NCBI GenBank assembly: GCA_949840475.1
Contig: CATKXA010000001.1
Coordinates: 1-39,255, forward strand
Length of the DNA: 39,255 nucleotides
DNA from: an uncultured Thermoanaerobacterales bacterium
GTDB taxonomy: Bacteria; Bacillota; Clostridia; Christensenellales; UBA1242
Reading direction: 5' to 3'
In this document: positions 32,279 to 39,255 of the stretch, piece by piece
How positions within the stretch are numbered: position 1 is the first letter of the stretch
Layout: each line of letters begins with the position of its first letter
Made by a program: the position numbers and the translations under genes
Notes under the pieces: generated by a model
Told to the model about the DNA's origin: nothing
Seen by the model: only the letters and a program-made list of their open reading frames with translations
Databases searched by the model: none

Positions 32279-32668
32279 TTAGTCCTCCGCGATAGTCAGA
32301 TTTAAAATCTGGTCTAATCTTTCATTTTGATTTGTTAAATATAAGAAGCCGATAACTGCTTCTAGTGCTGTGGCATAGTTATAGTCTTGCACAGAATAGT
32401 TTTTTGCAGTGTGGGCTTTGTTTGCATTTCTTGCTCTACGGGCTATGTCTTTTTCATCGTCAGTTAAAATATGCTCGATTTTCTTGAAGGCATTGCTTTG
32501 AAACAGTGCATTGACTTTGTTCTTTGTTAACTGATTAAGCTTGTTAACTTTGTAGTTATAGCTTTGAACCATATTATTTCGCACAAAAAGTGTGTGAACT
32601 GCATCTCCAATAAAAGCGAGAACTAATGGTTGCATGTTCTTAATTTCTAAAGTTTTGTTAGTTTCCAT
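32279..32668 (-). CDS. mrnC: mini-ribonuclease III
   Basis: LAFIGDAVHTLFVR signature. Length of 129 aa. Sits directly upstream of rlmB. Confidence 0.85.
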   Translation of the reverse strand: METNKTLEIKNMQPLVLAFIGDAVHTLFVRNNMVQSYNYKVNKLNQLTKNKVNALFQSNAFKKIEHILTDDEKDIARRARNANKAHTAKNYSVQDYNYATALEAVIGFLYLTNQNERLDQILNLTIAED

Positions 32669-32826
32669 TTTGCTCCCTTATATATAATAAATAAATTATA
32701 ACAAATAATATAAAGCTTTGCAAGGTAAACCTCAATATTTGTGCAACCTGTGAAAAATAAAAATCTGCCATTAAAGAGAATGACAAAAGTTTCATAAGTT
32801 GATTTTGTGTTTCATACACTAATGAT

Positions 32827-33546
32827 ATGAAAAAGTCAAGAAAGTATATTTTTAGTTTACTTAAAAAGGGTCAGATAATTTTTTGTATGGTTGTAGCACT
32901 GCTTGTAATTTCGTCGTGCATTGCGGTGGATATTGGTACAGCCACTGCTAGTAATGGAAAAGAAAGCTTAGACTTTACCATTGTTATTGATGCGGGACAC
33001 GGCGGCATTGACCCTGGCAGCATTGGTTACAAAACCAAGGTAAAAGAAAGCGTTATAAATTTGTCGGTTGCAAAAAAGCTCGAACAAAAGTTGTCCGAAA
33101 TAGGGCTTAGAGTTATCATGACAAGGAAAGACGAAAACGGGCTTTATGGCTTGTCGACCACTAATTATAAAAAACGGGATATGCAAAAAAGGCGTGATAT
33201 TATTGAAAAAGCACACCCTGACGTTGTTGTCAGTGTGCATATGAATAGCTATGTTCGGCACAATCTTAGGGGTGCTCAGGTGTTTTTTGATAAAACAAGC
33301 CCAGTGAGTGAACAGCTTGCACTTTTTATTCAAGACCAGTTTGCAAGCAAACTTGAAAAAAGCGATAAGGGTATTTCTGTTGGGGACTACTATATGCTAA
33401 AATGCACTAAAGCAGCTTCGGTTATTGCTGAGTGCGGATTTTTATCTAACGAAGAGGACGAAAAACTGCTTTTGAATGAGGCTTACCAAGATAAGATTGC
33501 TGAGTGTATCTTTGTTGGCATTGTTGGCTTTTTGAATTTGGAGTAA
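32827..33546 (+). CDS. cwlD: N-acetylmuramoyl-L-alanine amidase CwlD (germination-specific)
   Basis: Signal anchor, IDAGHGGIDPG, VSVHMNS and ECGFLSNEEDE motifs, and CwlD-like size. Confidence 0.85.
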   Translation: MKKSRKYIFSLLKKGQIIFCMVVALLVISSCIAVDIGTATASNGKESLDFTIVIDAGHGGIDPGSIGYKTKVKESVINLSVAKKLEQKLSEIGLRVIMTRKDENGLYGLSTTNYKKRDMQKRRDIIEKAHPDVVVSVHMNSYVRHNLRGAQVFFDKTSPVSEQLALFIQDQFASKLEKSDKGISVGDYYMLKCTKAASVIAECGFLSNEEDEKLLLNEAYQDKIAECIFVGIVGFLNLE

Positions 33547-33549
33547 GCG

Positions 33550-33789
33550 TTAGCGAGATTGCTTGATTTTATATTCGGGATTGCAGAGGTCGGACACCCT
33601 TTTGTCCATAAAGGTGGCTATTTTAAATATTACTCCCATGCTGCAGTTATGCTTTGTCATTACTTTTAGGTATGTGTTTCTACATATCTTACAGCCTTTG
33701 CAAAATTCGCCTACTGTAAGTCTTCTTGTTTTTATAAACTTTGCAATGAGGTCAACATTGATTAAATGTGCCAAATTGTTTTTGTACAT
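33550..33789 (-). CDS. small HTH-like protein (79 aa), divergent partner of an XRE gene (module B)
   Basis: AAGGAG lies 10 nt upstream. The helix pattern LTVGEFCKGCKICRNTYLKVM...VIFKIATFMDKRVSDL fits an XRE-like five-helix HTH. Confidence 0.7.
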   Translation of the reverse strand: MYKNNLAHLINVDLIAKFIKTRRLTVGEFCKGCKICRNTYLKVMTKHNCSMGVIFKIATFMDKRVSDLCNPEYKIKQSR

Positions 33790-33816
33790 TGTGTTTTATC
33801 TCCTTTAACTAAGCAT

Positions 33817-33845
33817 ATTGTACGGTGCGTATTCGCACTAGTCAA
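33817..33845 (-). promoter_or_regulatory. sigma-A-type promoter of the module B partner gene
   Basis: On the minus strand: TTGACT, 17-nt spacer, TACAAT. The spacer is filled by the palindrome GTGCGTATTCGCAC. Confidence 0.65.
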
Positions 33846-33866
33846 GTATTTTATGCGAATAAGCAC
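33825..33866. promoter_or_regulatory. two operator-like 14-bp sites (module B)
   Basis: GTGCGTATTCGCAC lies at 33825-33838. Its inverted copy GTGCTTATTCGCAT (reverse strand) lies at 33853-33866. Identity is 12/14 and the centres are 28 bp apart. Confidence 0.6.
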
Positions 33867-33901
33867 TACAATATTTGTTAAAGATAGATGTAGGTGTGTT
33901 T

Positions 33902-34105
33902 ATGAAAATATTTTGTGAAAGGCTAAAAGAACTCAAGCAAGAGAAAAAGTTGTCTAATGAAAAATTGGCTAAAATTTTGAATGTAAGTAGTTCTACAATT
34001 TCTCGTTGGGAGAACGGAATAATAATCCCAAGCATTGAACATTTATACAACATTGCAAGATACTTCAGTGTGAGTGCAGATTATTTGCTTGGCTTAGAAG
34101 ATTAA
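33902..34105 (+). CDS. XRE-family HTH regulator (67 aa, module B)
   Basis: Start moved to MKIFCERLKEL. Ends in YFSVSADYLLGLED like the other two XRE genes. Confidence 0.88.
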   Translation: MKIFCERLKELKQEKKLSNEKLAKILNVSSSTISRWENGIIIPSIEHLYNIARYFSVSADYLLGLED

Positions 34106-34112
34106 TAAAAGT

Positions 34113-34146
34113 TAAAAAATTCGGCTACGTGGTCGAATTTTTTGTA
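34113..34146. terminator. bidirectional terminator
   Basis: TTCGGCT..GGTCGAA stem (with G:U pairs) flanked by A6 and T7. Confidence 0.6.
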
Positions 34147-34150
34147 ACAT

Positions 34151-34380
34151 TTATATTAAATACTCAATATTGCAGAGGTCTGCAATTTTTTTATGCATAA
34201 AAACAGCGATTTTAAAAATTGCACTAATCCTAAAGTTATTGCCACTAAGCATTCTAAAAATGTGCTTTGACTTATCTTACATTTCTCACAAAATTGTTTT
34301 TTAGTCAAATTATTGTCTTGTATAAACTGATAAATAACCTCAGCTTTTATAAGGCAACGAATATTTTGTTGTTTTGTCAT
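34151..34380 (-). pseudogene. frameshifted paralog of the module B partner gene (module C)
   Basis: The N-terminal 40 aa align with the 79-aa protein. After the T5 run (plus-strand A5 at 34256-34260) the homologous sequence continues in another frame (SAIFKIAVFMHKKIADLCNIEYLI*). Confidence 0.6.
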
Positions 34381-34421
34381 ATTTGGCTCCTTAGACTTTT
34401 AAAAACGTTTGTTTTTACACT

Positions 34422-34450
34422 ATTATACAACAACATTTGTTGTTGGTCAA
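34422..34450 (-). promoter_or_regulatory. sigma-A-type promoter of the module C partner gene
   Basis: On the minus strand: TTGACC, 17-nt spacer, TATAAT. The spacer is the 18-bp palindrome CAACAACATTTGTTGTTG. Confidence 0.65.
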
Positions 34451-34470
34451 TATTTTAACGACAAATGTTG
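34428..34470. promoter_or_regulatory. two operator-like sites (module C)
   Basis: The palindrome CAACAACA-TT-TGTTGTTG lies at 34428-34445. The second site CGACAAATGTTG at 34459-34470 is the inverted copy of CAACATTTGTTG with 11/12 identity. Confidence 0.6.
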
Positions 34471-34492
34471 TAATATGTGTATAGAGGTAGAT

Positions 34493-34702
34493 ATGTATAC
34501 ATTTGCAGAAAGGTTAAGAGAATTGCGACTAGAAAGAAATTTGAGCCAGGCAGAACTTGCGGCTGCTGTAGGCAATAAGATTACAAGTTCAGCTATTGGT
34601 TTATGGGAACTAAACAAAAGAGTACCGAATTTGGAAGCTGTAATTTTACTTGCTCAATTTTTTGGCGTAACGCTTGATTATTTGGCGGGGATAGAGGATT
34701 AA
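34493..34702 (+). CDS. XRE-family HTH regulator (69 aa, module C)
   Basis: Start moved to MYTFAERLRELR (GAGGT 5 nt upstream). Ends in FFGVTLDYLAGIED. Confidence 0.85.
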   Translation: MYTFAERLRELRLERNLSQAELAAAVGNKITSSAIGLWELNKRVPNLEAVILLAQFFGVTLDYLAGIED

Positions 34703-34713
34703 AGGAGAAAATT

Positions 34714-35721
34714 ATGGATAAGATACAAAAAGTTTTTATTGCAGGCGGGACTGGATTTTTAGGGTATGCAGCTGCTGAGCTTTTTCTAGAGCGAGGGGTA
34801 AAGGTTGATTCAATCGCTTTAGCGGGCGAGTTTGACAGCCTAAGTTTTGTAGACAAGCGAATGGGTTTAGTTGTTGGAAACTTGTTTGAAATGAGTGATG
34901 AACAGCTTTATCAGTTATTTAAAGACAAAAACTATGATGCAATAGTATATGCTCTTGGTCCTGATGACAGGGTGACGCCAAAAGCACCAGCATATGAGTT
35001 TTTTTATGAAAGACTTGTTAATAAGTGTTACAATATTTTAAATGCTGCAAAAAAAGCAGGAGCAAAAAAGGCTGTCATACTTAGTTCGTACTTTGCTCAT
35101 TTTGACAAGCTTTTAAGTGGAAAGCTAAGCAAAAAGCATGCATATATTAGAGCTAGAAGAGAGCAACAAAACAAGTGTTTTGGTTTGAGCGACGACAGAT
35201 TTAAGGTTTGTGCGTTAGAGCTCCCATATATTTTTGGGGTGCAAGAGGGCAGAAAGCCTATTTGGAAAGACAGCTTCTTGTCTTACTTTGACGGCTTTAA
35301 GAGTGTCTACTTCCCAAGCGGTGGAGCAACTGCAATAATAGACAGAACTGGAGTTGCTGAAGCAATTTATGCTTGCACAATAAATGGAGAGGGAAAAACA
35401 GCTTACCCAATAGCAACAGACAATATTTCATACAAAGAGATGCTTAAATTAATGCTGTTAGGCTTAAACGATAATAGGAAAGTTGTAACTATCCCTGGGG
35501 CATTATGTGCACTTGGAACATACTCTATGTTAAAAAAGCATAAAAAAGAGGGCAAAGAATCAGGACTATATTATCCAAGTCTTATGAATGGTATATTGAA
35601 CAAAGAGTTTACTATTGATGCTAAAAAGAGCATGGATGCACTAGGATTTGAGGCTCTTAACCTTACTGGGGGCAAGGACGCTAGGCAGTCTATAAAAGAC
35701 ACTATGAAAGCATTAGTTTAG
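34714..35721 (+). CDS. NAD(P)-dependent oxidoreductase / epimerase (extended SDR family)
   Basis: N-terminal Rossmann motif FIAGGTGFLG. AAGGAG RBS lies 12 nt after the XRE stop. Confidence 0.85.
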   Translation: MDKIQKVFIAGGTGFLGYAAAELFLERGVKVDSIALAGEFDSLSFVDKRMGLVVGNLFEMSDEQLYQLFKDKNYDAIVYALGPDDRVTPKAPAYEFFYERLVNKCYNILNAAKKAGAKKAVILSSYFAHFDKLLSGKLSKKHAYIRARREQQNKCFGLSDDRFKVCALELPYIFGVQEGRKPIWKDSFLSYFDGFKSVYFPSGGATAIIDRTGVAEAIYACTINGEGKTAYPIATDNISYKEMLKLMLLGLNDNRKVVTIPGALCALGTYSMLKKHKKEGKESGLYYPSLMNGILNKEFTIDAKKSMDALGFEALNLTGGKDARQSIKDTMKALV

Positions 35722-35767
35722 GTATAGGCAATAAATAGTTGGATATACTTTTAGTAGCAAAAACTAA

Positions 35768-36094
35768 ATGGAAAGCAGAATGGACGATAGTAATTTTTAT
35801 CAAAGAGTATACGAATACGTAAAGTTAGTACCGCTTGGCAAAGTTACGACCTATGGGCAGATTGCGGCAGCGATTGGCAGACCAAAGGCTAGCAGAGTGG
35901 TGGGATATGCGTTGCATAAAAATCCGAACCCACAAGAGATACCTTGCCATAGGGTGGTTAACCGAGAGGGAAAGCTTACTGAAAGTTTTGCTTTTGGTGG
36001 AGCAAAAGAGCAAAAACGTAGACTTGAGGCCGAGGGGGTTGAGGTTAAGAAAAACCGAGTTGACCTCGACAGATATTTGTTTCATTTATGGTAA
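35768..36094 (+). CDS. MGMT-family protein (methylated-DNA-protein-cysteine methyltransferase DNA-binding domain only)
   Basis: Contains VPLGKVTTYGQIAA and the active-site-like IPCHRVV. Short one-domain form (108 aa). Confidence 0.85.
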   Translation: MESRMDDSNFYQRVYEYVKLVPLGKVTTYGQIAAAIGRPKASRVVGYALHKNPNPQEIPCHRVVNREGKLTESFAFGGAKEQKRRLEAEGVEVKKNRVDLDRYLFHLW

Positions 36095-36095
36095 T

Positions 36096-36126
36096 AAAAA
36101 AACCAAGCGTTAGCTTGGTTTTTCTT
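36096..36126. terminator. bidirectional terminator
   Basis: ACCAAGC..GCTTGGT stem flanked by A7 and T5. Confidence 0.75.
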
Positions 36127-36136
36127 AATTCTTTTA

Positions 36137-37015
36137 TTAATCTTTATATCTAGTTACTGCAAGGGCAAGAGCTCCAGGTCCGATATGGCAGGATACGCTT
36201 AGAGATAGTGGGTCAACACTTAGAATTTCTAATCCTTTAAACTCCGCTGTTACTTCTTCTTTAAACTTTTCAGCCATTTCGTAGTTATCAGTATGAGCAA
36301 TGCAAAGACCCATTTTGCCTTTTTTGTTTAGGTCTGCAAATCTTTCAGCAAGGTCTTTTTTAACTGCAGAAATCATTTTTGTTTTTGCTTGGTTCATATT
36401 CATAACCTTAGCAAAAGAGTCTAACTTTTCGCCTTGGATTTGAAGCACTGGTTTGATGCTTAGAAGTGTTGCAATAGCAGCAGCTGCTGGTGTAACACGA
36501 CCGCCTCTTTTTAGATATTTAAGAGTTTGAACAGTGATATAAATACTAGAATCCAATTTGGTAGTTTCTAAATATTCTTTAATTTCTTTAGCGGATTTTC
36601 CGTCTTCTGCAAGCTTTAAAGCCTCATAAACACTAGCTTTTTGAGTGACAGAAATACGTTGGTTATTAACGACTTCTACTTTGCCCTTGTATTCTTTTTC
36701 GTCTGCAAATCTAATCGCAGAAGAGCAAGACTCACTTAAGCCGCTACTCATAGGTATATAAACAATTTGCTCGTAATCTTTCAAGACTTTATTCCAAAGG
36801 TCAGTAACTTCGCCGAGTGATGGTTGAGATGTTGAAATTTTTACATCGCTTTTTAGTTTTTCATAAAATTCTTGTTGAGATAAGTTAATATCCTCGTAAA
36901 AATCTTCTCCGTCGATAATAAATGGCATTGGTAGAACGAACAAGTTATTCTTTGCTTCGCTTTGAGTGATGCCAGAGTTACTATCAGTTACAACGGCTAC
37001 TTTATTTTTATTCAT
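36137..37015 (-). CDS. DegV-family fatty-acid-binding protein
   Basis: N-terminus VAVVTDSNSGI, plus ...STSQPS... and ...GPGALALA. Length is typical of DegV. Confidence 0.9.
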   Translation of the reverse strand: MNKNKVAVVTDSNSGITQSEAKNNLFVLPMPFIIDGEDFYEDINLSQQEFYEKLKSDVKISTSQPSLGEVTDLWNKVLKDYEQIVYIPMSSGLSESCSSAIRFADEKEYKGKVEVVNNQRISVTQKASVYEALKLAEDGKSAKEIKEYLETTKLDSSIYITVQTLKYLKRGGRVTPAAAAIATLLSIKPVLQIQGEKLDSFAKVMNMNQAKTKMISAVKKDLAERFADLNKKGKMGLCIAHTDNYEMAEKFKEEVTAEFKGLEILSVDPLSLSVSCHIGPGALALAVTRYKD

Positions 37016-37132
37016 ATTTTTCCTCTCTTAAAAAATGATATAATCAGAATACTGATTTTTTATATTATAAAAGAAATATGAGTTTTTTACAAATATATAA
37101 TAGCCATATTTTAAATTTACTAAAAAAAGTAC

Positions 37133-37166
37133 AAAAAAAAGAATGGCAATCGCCATTCTTTTTTTT
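37133..37166. terminator. bidirectional terminator
   Basis: GAATGGC aatc GCCATTC stem flanked by A8 and T8. Confidence 0.75.
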
Positions 37167-37169
37167 AAG

Positions 37170-37739
37170 TTATCTCTTAGATTTTTTTGCTACTGGGATG
37201 AAAGATACAATGCTTGCTCCGATAGTTGCGATTAGACCTAAGATTGCACCAGCAGAATGTTTATACATTTCGCTAACCTTAACACCCAAAATTTCGAGAT
37301 TTAGGAATGAACAGTAACAAATTAAGCTGATGATCATGCATAATAGTGAAGCTAAAACTAAAACTTTGCCGATTAAGCCAACATTTTTACCAAACATGCT
37401 TAGAGCAAGGCACACTATAGCTCCAACTGAAAGTATAACTGATACGAAGTGAAGCCAAGCTGCTCCGTTAAGTTTAGCTTTAGTGTCTTCATTTTCTTTC
37501 ATGCCGTACAAAATAGTGTATTTTGTGAAAGCTTCAGTATCGCCTTTTTTAGTTGCTTCAGCGACTTTGTCTTTTGCACTTTCAGCACTTGTAAAGCAGA
37601 TTTCCATTGATGAAAAGCTTGCTTTAGCCTCTTCTTTTTTTGTAGTAATCGCTGGGATAAAGAAAGTAATGATGTTAAGTAGGCAAAGGGCGATAGCTAC
37701 AATACTTAAAATTGTTTTTAAGTTTGATTTTTTACTCAT
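37170..37739 (-). CDS. hypothetical membrane protein (189 aa, about 4 TM)
   Basis: Hydrophobic segments. AAGGAGAA RBS. No motif recognised. Confidence 0.65.
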   Translation of the reverse strand: MSKKSNLKTILSIVAIALCLLNIITFFIPAITTKKEEAKASFSSMEICFTSAESAKDKVAEATKKGDTEAFTKYTILYGMKENEDTKAKLNGAAWLHFVSVILSVGAIVCLALSMFGKNVGLIGKVLVLASLLCMIISLICYCSFLNLEILGVKVSEMYKHSAGAILGLIATIGASIVSFIPVAKKSKR

Positions 37740-37826
37740 AAAATTCTCCTTTTAAATTTTTATTAATTTAATTATAAGAGTTTTAAAAAGATAATGCAAA
37801 AAAATAAATGCACTTTTTAAAAGTTT

Positions 37827-38834
37827 TTAATTTTTATTTTCAAGCAGTTTGCCAATCAGTTTTATTGATTGGTGCGGTTTTAGCACTATGTTTATTTGCG
37901 TAGCTGTGTAATCTATCAAATATATACAAAATTCGCCCGACTTTACTATTTTTTGCACAAAAGATAGCGTACTTTTTGCCTTTTCATTAACATTAGTATA
38001 TATACTGACGAGTTCACAAGGCTTAAAAAGTTCTTTTGGTAAATCTGTTTGTTGCTTGTTAAAGCTAACAACCATTGCACTATAACTTGACGCTTTATTA
38101 GTTAGCATTGTTGCTTTTTTTAAAGCGAGATTAGAACCCATTAAAGCTTGGCTAACATAGTTAGAGTTTAAGTTAGCACCAGCGAGATAATATAAATTGT
38201 TGTAAAAGCCAATGTCGCTTGCTGTGATGCTTAAGTTATTTAAGTTTTTAGTATAGCCATTGTAGTTATCTATTAAAAAATCTAGCCCCAGATTTTTGTG
38301 GGCGTTTTTTATTTTGATGTAACAAGAAAATAGTTTTGCGTTTAGACTTGAACAAATTGCTTTCTCAATTTCGGCATTGTCCTTTTTTAATAGAACTAAG
38401 TTTTTGTGCTTGTTTGTGGCAATGTCACTTAAAATTATAACGACGTTGTCTTGTAGTTGCTCAAGTACTTTATCTTTATTAATCGAGGTAACCAGATAGC
38501 TTGCAGGTGCTCCATAGGCTAAAGCTAAGTCTGTTGGGGTAATATAAGTGCTATTCACATTTACTTTAGCTAATGCTAGTTTCAAAAGTTCAACATTACA
38601 TTCTGCACTTTTTGCATGCAAGGTGGCAGTGTCACTGCTTTGTTTATCTAGTTGTTTATTGATTAATTTTAAAGTCGCAGAGATTTTAGGATTTGACGGA
38701 ACAGAAACTATTATTTCAGCATGTTGCTCGGTCTTTGCTCTTTTAATTAGCTCAGCAATAGTTTTTATCTTGTTTGTATCTAAAAAACTTTTGTCATCAA
38801 TTTTAAAAACTACACGCACTTGTCTTTCCTCCAT
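37827..38834 (-). CDS. hypothetical protein (about 330 aa), start uncertain
   Basis: Long open frame. The ORF-track GTG at 38900 has no SD. The ATG at 38834 also has no SD. The GTG at 38819 has GGAGGA 7 nt upstream and may be the true start. Confidence 0.5.
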   Translation of the reverse strand: MEERQVRVVFKIDDKSFLDTNKIKTIAELIKRAKTEQHAEIIVSVPSNPKISATLKLINKQLDKQSSDTATLHAKSAECNVELLKLALAKVNVNSTYITPTDLALAYGAPASYLVTSINKDKVLEQLQDNVVIILSDIATNKHKNLVLLKKDNAEIEKAICSSLNAKLFSCYIKIKNAHKNLGLDFLIDNYNGYTKNLNNLSITASDIGFYNNLYYLAGANLNSNYVSQALMGSNLALKKATMLTNKASSYSAMVVSFNKQQTDLPKELFKPCELVSIYTNVNEKAKSTLSFVQKIVKSGEFCIYLIDYTATQINIVLKPHQSIKLIGKLLENKN

Positions 38835-38946
38835 ATGTGGTAGTTTATGTTTGGCTGTTAAATTAGGTGTTTTTTTGATTGTCAACAGTTGCAAAAACAC
38901 GCATAATTTGTTAATATCTAATTATCAAATACAAAGCGAGAGAGTT

Positions 38947-39255
38947 ATGTCTAAATTTTCAAGATGTCATAATTGTACGGGCGAGCTGGTTTTTAAGCCG
39001 CAAACTGGTATGCTTGTTTGCCAAAGATGCAACAGCACTTTTGCTGTTAATGAAGATATTAAAAGACCAGTTATTAGGCAATACACACCAACGTATGTGC
39101 CTGAAGTTAATAAGGACTTAAAAACAGACTATATATGTACCGCATGTGGAGCTAAGATTGTTACGGGCAAAGAGGGCGAAGTTAAAAGGTGTTCGTCTTG
39201 TGGTAACACTGCCTTAAAAAAAGAAGAAAGCCCGACCTATATTCCAGATGGGATC
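38947..39255 (+). CDS. double zinc-ribbon protein, N-terminal part (runs off the window end)
   Basis: ATG at 38947 with the frame open to the window end. Two CxxC..CxxC ribbons are present (CHNC..CQRC and CTAC..CSSC). Confidence 0.55.
   Translation, partial: MSKFSRCHNCTGELVFKPQTGMLVCQRCNSTFAVNEDIKRPVIRQYTPTYVPEVNKDLKTDYICTACGAKIVTGKEGEVKRCSSCGNTALKKEESPTYIPDGI

Noticed and set aside
1-39255. CRISPR arrays, rRNA genes, group II introns, retrons and tandem toxin-antitoxin RNA repeats.
   Set aside because: No regularly spaced direct repeats, reverse-transcriptase-like ORF or rRNA-like sequence was seen in any intergenic region on visual scan. A dedicated repeat finder was not available.

Overview
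This is a low-GC chromosomal segment from a spore-forming Firmicute, probably a Clostridia-like organism. All calls were made by eye from the sequence and the ORF track, with no database searches. Most of the window is conserved housekeeping and sporulation genes: the ftsH 3' end, ychF, uppP, comEB, recD2-yabP-yabQ-divIC, a tightly coupled minus-strand array mrnC-rlmB-sigH-dnaX-orf398-ybaB-recR, cwlD and a DegV protein. There are three tRNAs: initiator tRNA-fMet, and a tRNA-Met/tRNA-Glu pair. Several accessory parts stand out. (1) An AT-rich islet at about 19.9-25.8 kb surrounds the tRNA-Met/Glu pair. It carries two tandem paralogous helical proteins, a lipoprotein, an Abi_2/HEPN abortive-infection-like gene with a structured leader, and a 446-aa protein. 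The C-terminus of that protein looks like a diadenylate-cyclase (DisA_N) fold with an eroded RHR motif. (2) Three self-contained divergent small-regulator modules each have near-consensus promoters and their own operator-like inverted repeats. One module has a leaderless Cys-rich partner gene and one has a frameshifted partner gene. (3) An unknown 398-aa gene is wedged into the normally contiguous dnaX-ybaB-recR cluster. (4) A 1711-aa membrane-anchored protein is translationally coupled to comEB. It has a roughly 195-aa internal periodicity and C-terminal Listeria-Bacteroides-type repeats. (5) An ABC-exporter-like protein has every ATPase motif degenerate and is followed by a 43-aa Cys/Ser/Lys-rich ORF. 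No CRISPR array, integrase, transposase or rRNA was seen. The best candidates for an undescribed system are the DAC-like sensor protein in the tRNA-linked islet and the triplicated switch modules. Both are hypotheses that need profile and structure searches.
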